This document shows positions 56,201 to 63,748 of a DNA stretch of 64,000 bases, in pieces. This DNA is from a virus (lineage: Duplodnaviria > Caudoviricetes). The DNA lies in IMG/VR virus record IMGVR_UViG_3300025400_000015, positions 967 through 64,966 of that record, one strand, 5' to 3'. Made by a program: the position numbers and the translations under genes. Under the pieces are notes generated by a model. It was not told the origin of the DNA and ran no database searches. It saw only the letters and a list, made by a program, of their open reading frames with translations. How positions within the stretch are numbered: the first letter of the stretch is position 1; each line of letters starts with the position of its first letter.

Positions 56201-56456
56201 AGTATTGGTTAGCGTCACGGTTGCTGGTGGCGTGGCCGAGAACTGCGTCCCTGACGCCGGAAAGCATATCTGCCTGCTTGGTCATCAAACCGAGCGTGGT
56301 GCCATCAACGCCAGGTGTGCTGGCAATGGCGTGAACCGTGGCTGGCTCTTGTGCCAGTCGAGGGTTAGCGACTATTGCGGCCTTAGCGTTCTGCTCATAC
56401 GGAGTTGCCCACGGTGGCATTACCGAGTCAAGCGGCGAATTTTTTGGCTCCATCAA
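50271..56456 (-). CDS. Giant (2061 aa) internal virion/ejection protein without enzymatic inserts
   Basis: Distant homologue of 7889..16990 in the same position. Confidence 0.75.
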   Translation of the reverse strand: MMEPKNSPLDSVMPPWATPYEQNAKAAIVANPRLAQEPATVHAIASTPGVDGTTLGLMTKQADMLSGVRDAVLGHATSNRDANQYWSDATNIAHTFANAATDQPKPQQSGRGILGDIGNFFTNTLNNIAQYNPVMAADTPESQRSWEGQASLAGTEAVAKGALNFANRTVWTAAELGTGGFVGENGIGQFSANLGDAQQTFLNAINIPKTWDIGKQALAYTESMANQKGLGYTLVYLMPAILTALAGNEVVAGGGETSDLETLANLALKAQKTGKASSTDFSRFIATASRVARKFNPDTVPEDTAAANLEEAVTKGEETPTEQLGKTDKLTRNGQAFKAARDFFQPVARWTIGPFAKGAKAYLGAVNNPRFIWSYAMMQQQAMQNPYTAALWKASANGVPVDSRGMPIHMSPGGYLADSLGLEQGSLGYTLVSGAVDMGTFMSSDPIGAASHYLDAANSAHGVGGVLGKWWPGLGVETGADVFEKAGSTARNRRAFQYMVDHGYDDIKKMFNGMYTDSVLHALANAKTWDEVVGIHADIADGGALTGYVLPTTRVFRVGTRAIGKGITRIVDAGLNVFGRTVLNTDLMKAVDIMNEELAKAGLDEIDLLNIDTAGTNDVRRLARGSLNQRLRALATESIWKIDEAEAKGEIPKIANYAFKLGDKDAIPLIQRMFLQTGQFNERIIQALGDVLRTAKSNVEFGNALVHLSTLTVSGQLGRMVGENYYALKDYFEPMIRQDFENLYGFRGGGAFKDARVYNAGPDGLAMSTFVDPEDPASIGLYGNAFQHIRAGHFIDPRQIAGMLSRYAKAAATTDSTLLFKASEARNMEEQAMARIADIQNAVVQDARKTMADIVEKRTNSYLKKGLIGLAQGYRDGFEKVVRAADRAMNNPELSEPQKFVQYAKSVSRSAYTAAKSYKDMVEQADAYNALKEAADNATKINAPEASRLRAQLSAMTFIPEADLSRAKGTLQALMDMEARIYKKISTPAVPIKDFQQLAKTVKLADSKKANSEAQKLLVEKMSRFRATQINYLRWHNKTADAFNWALSNMFIPEMLSTGAYLIRVSASEALLNISRIGPVDYFESRLAASIAKHEEKYMPLAEVPNPFAKALLPDTPPVIKESELLSKEAMRIANTLMDGGSWAKSLYMGSLTGIERGILQAMNPERFERMLSDYATALSLCGGHIADITHGINQIYGTTKEAAAMSQMAYGTDEEGGKVVSGTRFVGDGYTKADKKHIASALFNQLQLIHVEKDLYLPIAKDIEAMVAADGKYTYSGLGRRSAFDNLVDKQVNRLLQIPEDQLQGFGAYGKLLAENSSGDPLRDFATTQVYNVWHSLSGLRSTMDEGTEAIFHQDLIDQAVSGNIKAEPDLAKDYTKAKGLYPMHLIAASDARSSWETDGIKKYLKVLAMLPKITNEAIIDRAFGNIVSWMSREPVFLWEYHASMEQLRERIADNLMTEEQASVQALNNAFTRMVRYVHNPADRFQFEQATRILSPFWFAKNQAYRRAFRLLDDDPAAFVRYLRICMRMTQVFHKITQDNQSYLGMPGGSEVTHFAVNALASGNNLLGNFFTNLGFTMLGDPSAIQTIDPLGSDTGVNMIENLLRPDASPYVSVLTKMVMNGLADNHIIDAQAHANVLAAILGPVGAKTGILSDLLPSSFWRDTAFYAVDTAGYAFNHKQFDLGNVAQTQVTAMHEALQNMLTTYIDEYFAMNNIKTPSNTDNVNAQNYALEQASAWFNEGTNEQQFIERAYVASLALSVARLLPSFFSPIAPVLKANFSNDKFNQFASLKMPNGEQIPFSEAQYLFAQQYPQEWVDTISSSQNPFGSYPETNVTYKWINAVPKLLEPDTGYPNLFAYGIPRSGTYLPGIYQNLVSMGLRSRDTPQDFINTFLANAGDQFYYGQLVPQYYAQYGGTYYGESDPRNYIPYAGTQALKAAAQSWGNTNNSTWLQYGSPFGTSSKPKEVKAVEQLKAFLADPEAQAQVTNAGLWTKGNIAVLSKAFEQYNNYMEQIDQPGVSAKEQWSVEQELQNTMDAYAQDPANANIAYLLTAVLAKAPTK

Positions 56457-56875
56457 ACACCCATCATGCTTGCCATTGAAGCAAGGCTCTGCAACGTTTC
56501 TGATCCGCTAACTCGGGCGGCGTTGGTCAGGTGCATAGTGGCAGTCTCCGGTTCAGGACCCATGCTGTTTGGCCCAGGCCCGAAGGGAAGTCCAGCGGTG
56601 ACGGGTTCGTTGGGGCGGTTCGTTGGCTCAAGGTGTGGCAACTGTCCGGGGCGGGGAAGTGGCATAGCCGTTACTGGTGCCGATGGTGCTGGTGCAGGTG
56701 CGGCGGCAACGGGTGAGGCCGCCATAGGGATTGCTTGCTGTGCTTCACGCTGTTGCGTAGCCATGCCGTACTCCTGATTGGGAACCGTAGAAATAGGTTG
56801 GTTTAGATCGGTGCGGTTGCTGTATGCCGTACCTTGCGTGCCCTGACGTGCGCCGCCCCTACCCTTGCGTGGCAT
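56453..56875 (-). CDS. Pro/Ala-rich virion-associated protein
   Basis: Homologue of 16998..17423. Confidence 0.75.
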   Translation of the reverse strand: MPRKGRGGARQGTQGTAYSNRTDLNQPISTVPNQEYGMATQQREAQQAIPMAASPVAAAPAPAPSAPVTAMPLPRPGQLPHLEPTNRPNEPVTAGLPFGPGPNSMGPEPETATMHLTNAARVSGSETLQSLASMASMMGV

Positions 56876-56879
56876 CTAG

Positions 56880-58769
56880 TTATACTCCTGCTGGTGCTGG
56901 TGCTGGTGCCATTGCTACCGCTGGTGCCATACCACCCTGCGGTGCGCCTCCACCTGCGTGTAGTTGTTCAAGCAAGTCCTGAAGTCCTGGCTTGCCTTGC
57001 TGTGGCGGTGCCGTCTGAATGGGTTTCTCTGGGCTGGCACCAAGACCGGGCTGTTGCTCAGCGGTCGGACCCTGTTGGGCTTGCATTGCTTGTGCCTGCG
57101 CCTGCTGCTTCTCTTGTTCTTCTTTGTGAATTTGAGCAACGGCATCCTCAAGGCTGGTGTGACGCTGTGACTTGGCTTGGGCGATGCGAGCGATGATGCT
57201 GGGGTCTAGTTGACCCTGAGCAGCCTGCTGCTCAAGACCTGTAAGCAACGCTTTACGCAGACCTTCAATTTCCACAAGGTCAGCCTCACGAGCTGGGTCT
57301 TTGATAGCCGGGTCCATGGTACGGGCCGTTTCATTGGACATGATGCCCATTCCCACACGCTGACCAATAGAAACCACCATAGAGTTGATATCGCTACCCG
57401 GCATTGGGTAGACAACCTTAGACATATCCGTTTCAAAGGTTTCGTTCGGAACATAGTCAGGGCGCGTGACCTTTCCATCGGAGCCAAAGAAGAACATACT
57501 GGGCTTGTTGCCGTAGTACGCCTTCATCATCTTGACGGCGCGGCTGTTCTCCAACTCCATCGAGTTCGCCAGGATCTCCTGGTACTCCTGAAGTGGCATG
57601 TCAATGGCCGAGCCAAGAACGGTGGCACCACGGCGAGCGGTGCGAATGTTGGAACCGGACTCACCGTTGAGTTCCTGAGGAATGTTACCCGTCATACGCT
57701 GGGCACGCTCTAGGTTGCTAATCGCAATCTGGGCGTCCTGCGTCTGCTGGGGGTGGATAATCTGAATCTGTCCCTTGTCGATGACGCCTCGGATACCCAT
57801 CTTGCCATCGGCCTCTTGGATAACACGGGGGCTAGTCGGTGAGTTCGCAGGGGAAACGACCCACTCGTCGGGGAATACGTTGCGGAATACGGCAATGGTG
57901 TTGAGCGCGTCCAGCTTGGCTTCGCGCTGGTACATACCGAGCATCTGGTCAAACTGACCCTGCAAGCGGTCAAGGGTGATGCGACCGGCGATAACGACAG
58001 GGCAAACCTCGGCGCGGTTAGGGATGCGCTCCAGAATGATGTTGGAAGCGGAACCCTTGCCAATCTCCTGACCGTATGGGTTCTGAGCTGGACGTTCTGC
58101 ACCAACGGCAACCATGACGGTTTCGTTGGCGTCCATGTACTCAAGAATCTGGAACAGGTCGGACTTGCCTTTGTCGCCACGGTACAGTACCGACATTTGT
58201 TGAGGGTAGTTCTCTTGTAACCAGCCAAGGGGTCGGCGGTCGGCAAAAATGCAGTCGGTCGGCTCCATGTTGTCGGGGTCAATCATGGGCGACGGGTAGG
58301 TGGCCAACGGGTTGCGAACACGCCAGAACGGAATCTGTCGGCGGTCGCTGGGGTCAAGAGCCACGGGCGAAATCGAGATGGCCGACATACCGTAGGCAGT
58401 CAGGTGGCGAGCGCGACGGCGCACCTTGGTGGTCATCTTGTTCATGTCCCACCAGCCAAGGTTGGCCATACGGCGATCGTGCGCCTTGTTCTCGGACGCT
58501 TGGATACCGTTGCGCAGGGCAGGATACTGAATGTCTGGCAAGACCGACGCCACGCGCATTGAGAACTGGTCAATGCCCTGAGCGATAAGGTTAGGGATGG
58601 CGGGACGCTCTGCCTCGTCCAGCTCCGGCAGGGGAACGATAACGTCACCGTTGTAGTGGTCACGCACCTCGGTCATGCGCTTGAAGATACCCGACCGGCT
58701 CATACGCCGCTCTTGGTACATTGAGACTATTTGACCAGCAGCCTTATCGTTATCCGGGGCCAATGCCAT
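56880..58769 (-). CDS. Portal protein
   Basis: Near-identical to 17427..19337. Confidence 0.8.
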   Translation of the reverse strand: MALAPDNDKAAGQIVSMYQERRMSRSGIFKRMTEVRDHYNGDVIVPLPELDEAERPAIPNLIAQGIDQFSMRVASVLPDIQYPALRNGIQASENKAHDRRMANLGWWDMNKMTTKVRRRARHLTAYGMSAISISPVALDPSDRRQIPFWRVRNPLATYPSPMIDPDNMEPTDCIFADRRPLGWLQENYPQQMSVLYRGDKGKSDLFQILEYMDANETVMVAVGAERPAQNPYGQEIGKGSASNIILERIPNRAEVCPVVIAGRITLDRLQGQFDQMLGMYQREAKLDALNTIAVFRNVFPDEWVVSPANSPTSPRVIQEADGKMGIRGVIDKGQIQIIHPQQTQDAQIAISNLERAQRMTGNIPQELNGESGSNIRTARRGATVLGSAIDMPLQEYQEILANSMELENSRAVKMMKAYYGNKPSMFFFGSDGKVTRPDYVPNETFETDMSKVVYPMPGSDINSMVVSIGQRVGMGIMSNETARTMDPAIKDPAREADLVEIEGLRKALLTGLEQQAAQGQLDPSIIARIAQAKSQRHTSLEDAVAQIHKEEQEKQQAQAQAMQAQQGPTAEQQPGLGASPEKPIQTAPPQQGKPGLQDLLEQLHAGGGAPQGGMAPAVAMAPAPAPAGV

Positions 58770-58772
58770 GTA

Positions 58773-60686
58773 TTACCTCAAGTTTGATAGTTGCGTGCTG
58801 CGAACCCACTTGGGACGCCATGCTTGTACTTGGCGTGTTTTAGGCTGGTACAGGTTGGGAATGTTCCACTCGAAGAACCACTCAGCCATTACGCAGTCAT
58901 CTGTACGCCCGTGAGGGTATTTGGTTACTTCGTCAATGAGATGCATTGACCGAGTTTTGCCCTCACCCTTACCCATCAATCTTACACGACCAAAACGCCA
59001 ATGTTGAGAAATCGTCGTAACACCGTAGTTTGCGTCACTCTTGTTGGTGTTGGTGTTGTGCGGAATTATCTCGACGCCATTGAGCTGTCGCCAGCGTTTG
59101 AAGTGATCGTACTGGAGCATGAATCGTTGGGCGGCATTTTGCTCGATGACCCAAACTTGTATCGGGAAACCGAGACTGGACGACAGCCGTTGCCATTCTT
59201 CCATAACCCCAGTGAATTCACCCTGATTGTAGTTATACTCCAGGAATTCTGGTGCTTCCATTTTTTTACGAATAAGGTCAAGGAGAAATCGTTGTTGGCT
59301 ATCAGGGTGATATAGCCAACATTGAATGGACCAATAGTTAGTTGGCGACGGGTCAGCCGTGGCAACGACCATGCAGTCGGCGGGGTTGATTCCTGCCGGT
59401 ATCTCCCATCGGTCGCGTTCCTTATCAATGCAGCCTGGCGAAGTTCCGTGTCCAAAAACCCATTCGTTTCGTACCAGAGTTTCATCTAGGGCAATATCTT
59501 CTTGCTGATAGACGACCGCAAAGCGTTCGCCACGGTTTGACATAAGATTCGATACTTCGCGCCACGGGAGCCTACGGGGGTCCAGAAGGCAACCCTTAGG
59601 GTAAGCGTCAGAGCCTCGCTTATGGAATTCTGGGGCGCATCGGTCCTCGTAGTGGGCACGGTACAACAAGTGTTTGTATTTCTTGTCGTGTCGTAGATTG
59701 GCGATTTCATCATCGGTAAGTTTGTCAAGTATTTCATCTTCTTCAATAGGCTGGGTCATGTCCAGCGCGAAACGGTACAGGTCGTCGGGGGCAAGCCTTT
59801 GACCAATTAGGGCAAGCATCCCAGCAGGTTCCAGACGAGTCTCGGCAACGTCTTGATACCAGTCCTCCATAGCCTCGCGTTGCTCTGCCGAGCGCACCTT
59901 ACGAGGGTCTACAAGGTCGTCCCAAAAACAGCCGTCAAAGCGGCCACCAATAAAACCTGAGTCCATACCGTAAGCACTGAGCGTTGGTTCTTTTTCTGAG
60001 ATAGCACCGTTTTCTTCGGGCTGCATAACGATGAACGCTTCATTGGTCCATAGTTCTTTGTCTAATGGTTTGAACCGGCCAAAGTCAATGGCCAGCGTGG
60101 ATTCGGCGTCGACGGCTTGGCCACGGGCTTTAAGGTTATCGTCAGCCTGTTCGGGAATGGTACGCTCAAGCGAACGACGCACACGCATCAGGTTTCGCTT
60201 GGCGAGGCTCATGGTCGCAGAACCAGTCAGCAGGCGCACCGAGCGGTTACGGCAGATAATCCAGCAGGTCAAGTCGTGGAGCAGGGTGGTCTTACCGGAA
60301 CCAGGTGGCATGTTCATCACCACATATTCCTTCTGGTCAGACTCTAGGAGCTTGACCAGTTCAGTACCGGCTTCTTCCTGCCACGGCGTAGCGATGCGCC
60401 CAAAATACCGACGCCGGAAGTACCCGAAATCCTCTAGGGCTAACTGGGCTTCTTCACATAGCCGATCATAAGCTTTTGGCCCGTCAAGTTTGGCTTCTGC
60501 CTTTAGTTCTCGGTAGTTAGACGCCGACGAGTCAATACCCTCATCCGCGCGTAGATTCTGAGCGGCCTTCTCCACACGGTATGCGGTGGCCTCTGAGAAC
60601 CTCGCTTTGCGGGCGCTTTCGGCAATGGAGAATCCCGCCGCCCGTGCTTCAAAGTATTTCTTTCGCTGTACCGGAGTTACGGCCAT
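58773..60686 (-). CDS. terL: Terminase large subunit with N-terminal HTH-like extension
   Basis: MPPGSGKTT, FWDDLVD, HGRTDDCVMA; same length as copy A. Confidence 0.92.
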   Translation of the reverse strand: MAVTPVQRKKYFEARAAGFSIAESARKARFSEATAYRVEKAAQNLRADEGIDSSASNYRELKAEAKLDGPKAYDRLCEEAQLALEDFGYFRRRYFGRIATPWQEEAGTELVKLLESDQKEYVVMNMPPGSGKTTLLHDLTCWIICRNRSVRLLTGSATMSLAKRNLMRVRRSLERTIPEQADDNLKARGQAVDAESTLAIDFGRFKPLDKELWTNEAFIVMQPEENGAISEKEPTLSAYGMDSGFIGGRFDGCFWDDLVDPRKVRSAEQREAMEDWYQDVAETRLEPAGMLALIGQRLAPDDLYRFALDMTQPIEEDEILDKLTDDEIANLRHDKKYKHLLYRAHYEDRCAPEFHKRGSDAYPKGCLLDPRRLPWREVSNLMSNRGERFAVVYQQEDIALDETLVRNEWVFGHGTSPGCIDKERDRWEIPAGINPADCMVVATADPSPTNYWSIQCWLYHPDSQQRFLLDLIRKKMEAPEFLEYNYNQGEFTGVMEEWQRLSSSLGFPIQVWVIEQNAAQRFMLQYDHFKRWRQLNGVEIIPHNTNTNKSDANYGVTTISQHWRFGRVRLMGKGEGKTRSMHLIDEVTKYPHGRTDDCVMAEWFFEWNIPNLYQPKTRQVQAWRPKWVRSTQLSNLR

Positions 60687-60938
60687 TTACGAATTCAGAG
60701 CAGTAGTGAGCAATCCAGCTAGACGGTATAAAGGCGTGTTTCCGTGAATTGTAAAAACACCGCCATTGCCGTCGCTGTAATCGCTCACAGCAACGACAAG
60801 GCAGTAGTCCTCTACAACTGGCATCTTCCATTCTTCCTCATCTAAGAGTTCAGCGTTGATGCTCGTTAGAAACTTGGGGAGGTTCTGGTCGAGCCACTCT
60901 TTGAGTGATTCGCCAATCCAATCCCCTTGGCGTGCCAT
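60687..60938 (-). CDS. Small acidic conserved protein
   Basis: Homologue of 21254..21502. Confidence 0.75.
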   Translation of the reverse strand: MARQGDWIGESLKEWLDQNLPKFLTSINAELLDEEEWKMPVVEDYCLVVAVSDYSDGNGGVFTIHGNTPLYRLAGLLTTALNS

Positions 60939-61225
60939 TAGGCGGCTGGGGTCGCTGGTGCGGGAGTGGCCTCTGGAGCGGCGGGTTGGTTGGCCTGCTG
61001 TGCGGCAATGCCTGCGATGAAGTGATCCGCGGCGAGCAGGTTTTCCTTGAGGTTGTGGTGCTTCACAAAGTCAAGAGCTTCAATGGCGCCAGCGATAATG
61101 GCAGGAACGCCAACGGCAATGCCCTGAACGGCAGGGTTCAGGTGGAAGCCAGGGTGCAGCAAAGCAAGGATAGAAGTGGCCCCTGACAGCAGAGCCGTAA
61201 CGTGAGTGCTAATTGTTTTGGTCAT
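60938..61225 (-). CDS. Two-TM holin-like protein, probably leaderless
   Basis: ATG 6 nt after TATAAT; homologue of 21502..21801. Confidence 0.65.
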   Translation of the reverse strand: MTKTISTHVTALLSGATSILALLHPGFHLNPAVQGIAVGVPAIIAGAIEALDFVKHHNLKENLLAADHFIAGIAAQQANQPAAPEATPAPATPAA

Positions 61226-61231
61226 GCTTTT

Positions 61232-61260
61232 ATTATAACGCAGAAACCCCCACCGTTACG
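61232..61260 (-). promoter_or_regulatory. Putative late promoter CGTAAC-N17-TATAAT
   Basis: Matches 21808-21836. Confidence 0.65.
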
Positions 61261-61507
61261 GTGAGGGTTCCTACGGAAAGTAGCCTGAGTGCTATGCGGG
61301 ATTGTCCCGCTCCATTATCGTATCACAAATCACACCATTGCGGGGGACCTAAAAAATTTGTGAAGCACCGGGGTGCATATATGCAAATGCCCCTTGGTCA
61401 AAACCAAGGGGCACCGCAGCAACACAATCGTCAACTGGATTTTCCAGCTACCTCTATGTTAGCAGAGAAGGGGGGCTAGTGTGCCGCCGAATCTCATACA
61501 ATTTGAA

Positions 61508-61624
61508 TCAGTAGGCGTCCGGGGCCGGAGGGTTGTCGCTAATGGGCTTGCTCTCAAATTTCGCCGCGAGCGCCGCGCAACCGGGGCAGTTACACATCTT
61601 GTCGCAGCCGCAGGTGATACACAT
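61508..61624 (-). CDS. Cys-rich microprotein (38 aa)
   Basis: [16 protein letters not shown]...; TAATG-coupled to upstream ORF. Confidence 0.5.
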   Translation of the reverse strand: MCITCGCDKMCNCPGCAALAAKFESKPISDNPPAPDAY

Positions 61625-61755
61625 TATTTTTTCCTCGCTTTTCCGGCCTGGGACAGAGCAATGGCAACTGCCTGCTTCTGGGGCTTGCCCGCCTTCATCT
61701 CGGTCTTGATGTTGGCCGAGATTGTCTTGGGAGATCTTCCGCGTTTTAGGGGCAC
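61624..61755 (-). CDS. Small basic phage protein (43 aa; not in ORF track)
   Basis: GTG start; [43 protein letters not shown], a recurrent small phage protein type. Confidence 0.75.
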   Translation of the reverse strand: MPLKRGRSPKTISANIKTEMKAGKPQKQAVAIALSQAGKARKK

Positions 61756-61760
61756 ATACG

Positions 61761-61790
61761 AGTGTACCAATAAGCATGGAAAAAGTTACG
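61761..61790 (-). promoter_or_regulatory. Putative late promoter CGTAAC-N18-TACACT
   Basis: Fifth instance of the motif, directly before the GTG at 61755. Confidence 0.6.
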
Positions 61791-61834
61791 CCAAAAGGTG
61801 TTGCACCTCGGCGCCGATGGTGTATCATAGGTAT

Positions 61835-62080
61835 ATCGCCATTGGCAGCGGTCGTGGGTGGGAGTCCCCGCGGAGTGTGAGTCTGGAAGCAGATACTCGC
61901 CGTAGTTACCCGGTTAGAGCGGGATTCGGTTGGCGCACCCTGAATACAGTTTCATTCGGGGAAACGTCGAGGCTATGCATTTGGCCACAGACTGTCCTTG
62001 CGCCGCGCGGTTCTGGTATTGCGGACTTTTAGGAGTTGAGGGAAATGCGGGAATAATTGTTTCTAAACGCTTTTAGCCCT
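61835..62080 (+). ncRNA. Candidate structured ncRNA, copy B
   Basis: Conserved and covarying with 22143-22392; upstream TTGCAC-N16-TATCAT. Confidence 0.75.
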
Positions 62081-62447
62081 TGCTTAGAATGTGCGATGAG
62101 GACAGACGGTTAGCAAGGACTATGAGCTGGTGCGATGACTCCCAGCCAAGAAGCCCGGTGAAAGTATGTTTGATAGAAAAATCTAAGGTGATTTTGACAC
62201 CACCATTTGTCCCGAACCTGGCGGTTCGTGACGTGATGAGAACTACAAATAAATAAGTTCTGATCTAAAACAAAGTGTGGCGAAAACCCTTGTGTTGTAT
62301 GGGTTTTGGCGAGAATGACAGTTCTCCGTTTCTGGGATACACACGCGCATAACGACACCCGCCTCGGCATACACCTAGTCAGACAACCCTTGTGACGTGG
62401 TGATGAGAGAAAGTAAAGGTGTGTAGGGTAAGCGATGCGTTGGCTAT

Positions 62448-62545
62448 GGCATCAGACAACACAACGCGAGGCATCAGACAACACAACACAACACAACACA
62501 CAACGCGATTACACTCGCGAGACAACGACCGCTACACTCGCGCCA
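62448..62545. repeat. (ACAAC)n microsatellite with duplicated GGCATCAGACAACACAAC and TACACTCGCG units
   Basis: Read directly. Confidence 0.75.
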
Positions 62546-62665
62546 CCGATCTCACCCGCGCTAAAAAGCTCTAGGCCACGCGTAAAAAAAAATTGTGATG
62601 AATTCCAGGAGAAAGCACAATTTTTAGATATCTATTTTAGTGATGTTGGCTATCTGTGTTTTTAG

Positions 62666-62694
62666 TTGAATTGGGTAGCTCTAGGTGATACTAT
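62666..62694 (+). promoter_or_regulatory. SigmaA-type early promoter TTGAAT-N17-TACTAT (extended -10)
   Basis: Precedes hairpin, RBS and ORF 62740. Confidence 0.55.
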
Positions 62695-62739
62695 CTACTT
62701 AGTGCCGGTGACACCGGCCATAAAAGAAAGGTAATAACA

Positions 62740-63024
62740 ATGTCATATGATTTTACACTTAGCGATGCCAGGGAGATCTTAGAATTCTTTGGAATCAACG
62801 GCAACATTGAGTCTATTGGCGGGAGCCTCGTTGCCCTCGTCGTTACCAATGACGGGAACAATGCACTCGTTTCGAACGATATCGGCGTGTTTCACTGCCC
62901 AAATTGGGCGGGAGCCGCGGACAACGAGTACGAAACAGAATTGACAGAATACCCATTCAACGCTGAGTCTATCGCGCGCGTTATCCGTGACAACATGCAC
63001 CTAATCACAGAGGCGGGTGCATGA
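62740..63024 (+). CDS. Hypothetical early protein
   Basis: AGAAAGG RBS. Confidence 0.65.
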   Translation: MSYDFTLSDAREILEFFGINGNIESIGGSLVALVVTNDGNNALVSNDIGVFHCPNWAGAADNEYETELTEYPFNAESIARVIRDNMHLITEAGA

Positions 63025-63236
63025 TGTCCGACATTATCCGGATAAATCGCGGCGAGTCTTTTTTAGGCGTGCGCCAATGGTACGTGAATTGCCTAGTGTG
63101 CGATAGCCGCCATGAAGAATATGACAATGGCATCCGCGATCGTAAAGACTACTCTTTACCGTGGCAGACTGACACGCGAGAGCTAGCCGTAAGAACTGGC
63201 GCGCGTCACGTCTCGTTGCACCACCGCGCCTACTGA
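63021..63236 (+). CDS. Hypothetical early protein (CxxC...HxxxH)
   Basis: ATGA overlap with previous ORF. Confidence 0.55.
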   Translation: MMSDIIRINRGESFLGVRQWYVNCLVCDSRHEEYDNGIRDRKDYSLPWQTDTRELAVRTGARHVSLHHRAY

Positions 63237-63336
63237 TTCGAATGGCTACGCGCCGATTAGCGGCCTAGCGCGGTGCAATACCGCGGCGTAGCGCGATGGC
63301 ATGGTGCCATTGAATTACAGACTAGAAAGAAAGATT

Positions 63337-63537
63337 ATGAGCGATAAAGTATATAACCGCCGCGCGATATTGGTAGCCGTTGTGACTGTATTTAGTTTCT
63401 TCCTGAGCTACCGGATAGCACAACTGATTCCCGCTACCAATGGGACTGGCGCATGCCTAGCCTTTTATGTTTATATCGGTATCCCTATTGTAACGGCCTG
63501 GGCACTGATCGTTGCATTAGGACTACACAAGCGCTAA
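63337..63537 (+). CDS. Small two-TM membrane protein
   Basis: TAGAAAGAAAGATTATG start context. Confidence 0.55.
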   Translation: MSDKVYNRRAILVAVVTVFSFFLSYRIAQLIPATNGTGACLAFYVYIGIPIVTAWALIVALGLHKR

Positions 63538-63583
63538 CATAAGTAGAGCTAGGTGACACCTAGCCTTAGTAGAAAGAAAGATA

Positions 63584-63748
63584 ATGACTAAATTTACCCT
63601 TACAATTATTCTAGGCAATGACGCTATGCAGGATAAATATGACGTGGCGCGAGCCTTGGAGTTTCTCGCGGGGGAACTTGGCTACCGTGATAGCGGGCGC
63701 GTAGTCGATGACAATGGCAACACCGTTGGCACCTGGAGCTTTAACTAA
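63584..63748 (+). CDS. Small hypothetical early protein (54 aa)
   Basis: TAGAAAGAAAGATAATG start; ...DDNGNTVGTW. Confidence 0.6.
   Translation: MTKFTLTIILGNDAMQDKYDVARALEFLAGELGYRDSGRVVDDNGNTVGTWSFN

Larger units (their letters stand above)
22580..62400. mobile_element. One apparent genome-length (~40 kb) phage unit: early genes, recombination/regulation genes, lysis, tail, and virion module copy B
   Basis: Contains one of each module. Boundaries are inferred from where A/B similarity stops (about 22575 and 62385) and are uncertain. Confidence 0.6.

Noticed and set aside
1695-60938. Pervasive TAATG/ATGA stop-start overlaps
   Set aside because: Ordinary translational coupling in phage operons; used only as support for start-codon calls.
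62448-62545. CRISPR array
   Set aside because: Pentamer microsatellite with no regular repeat-spacer period.
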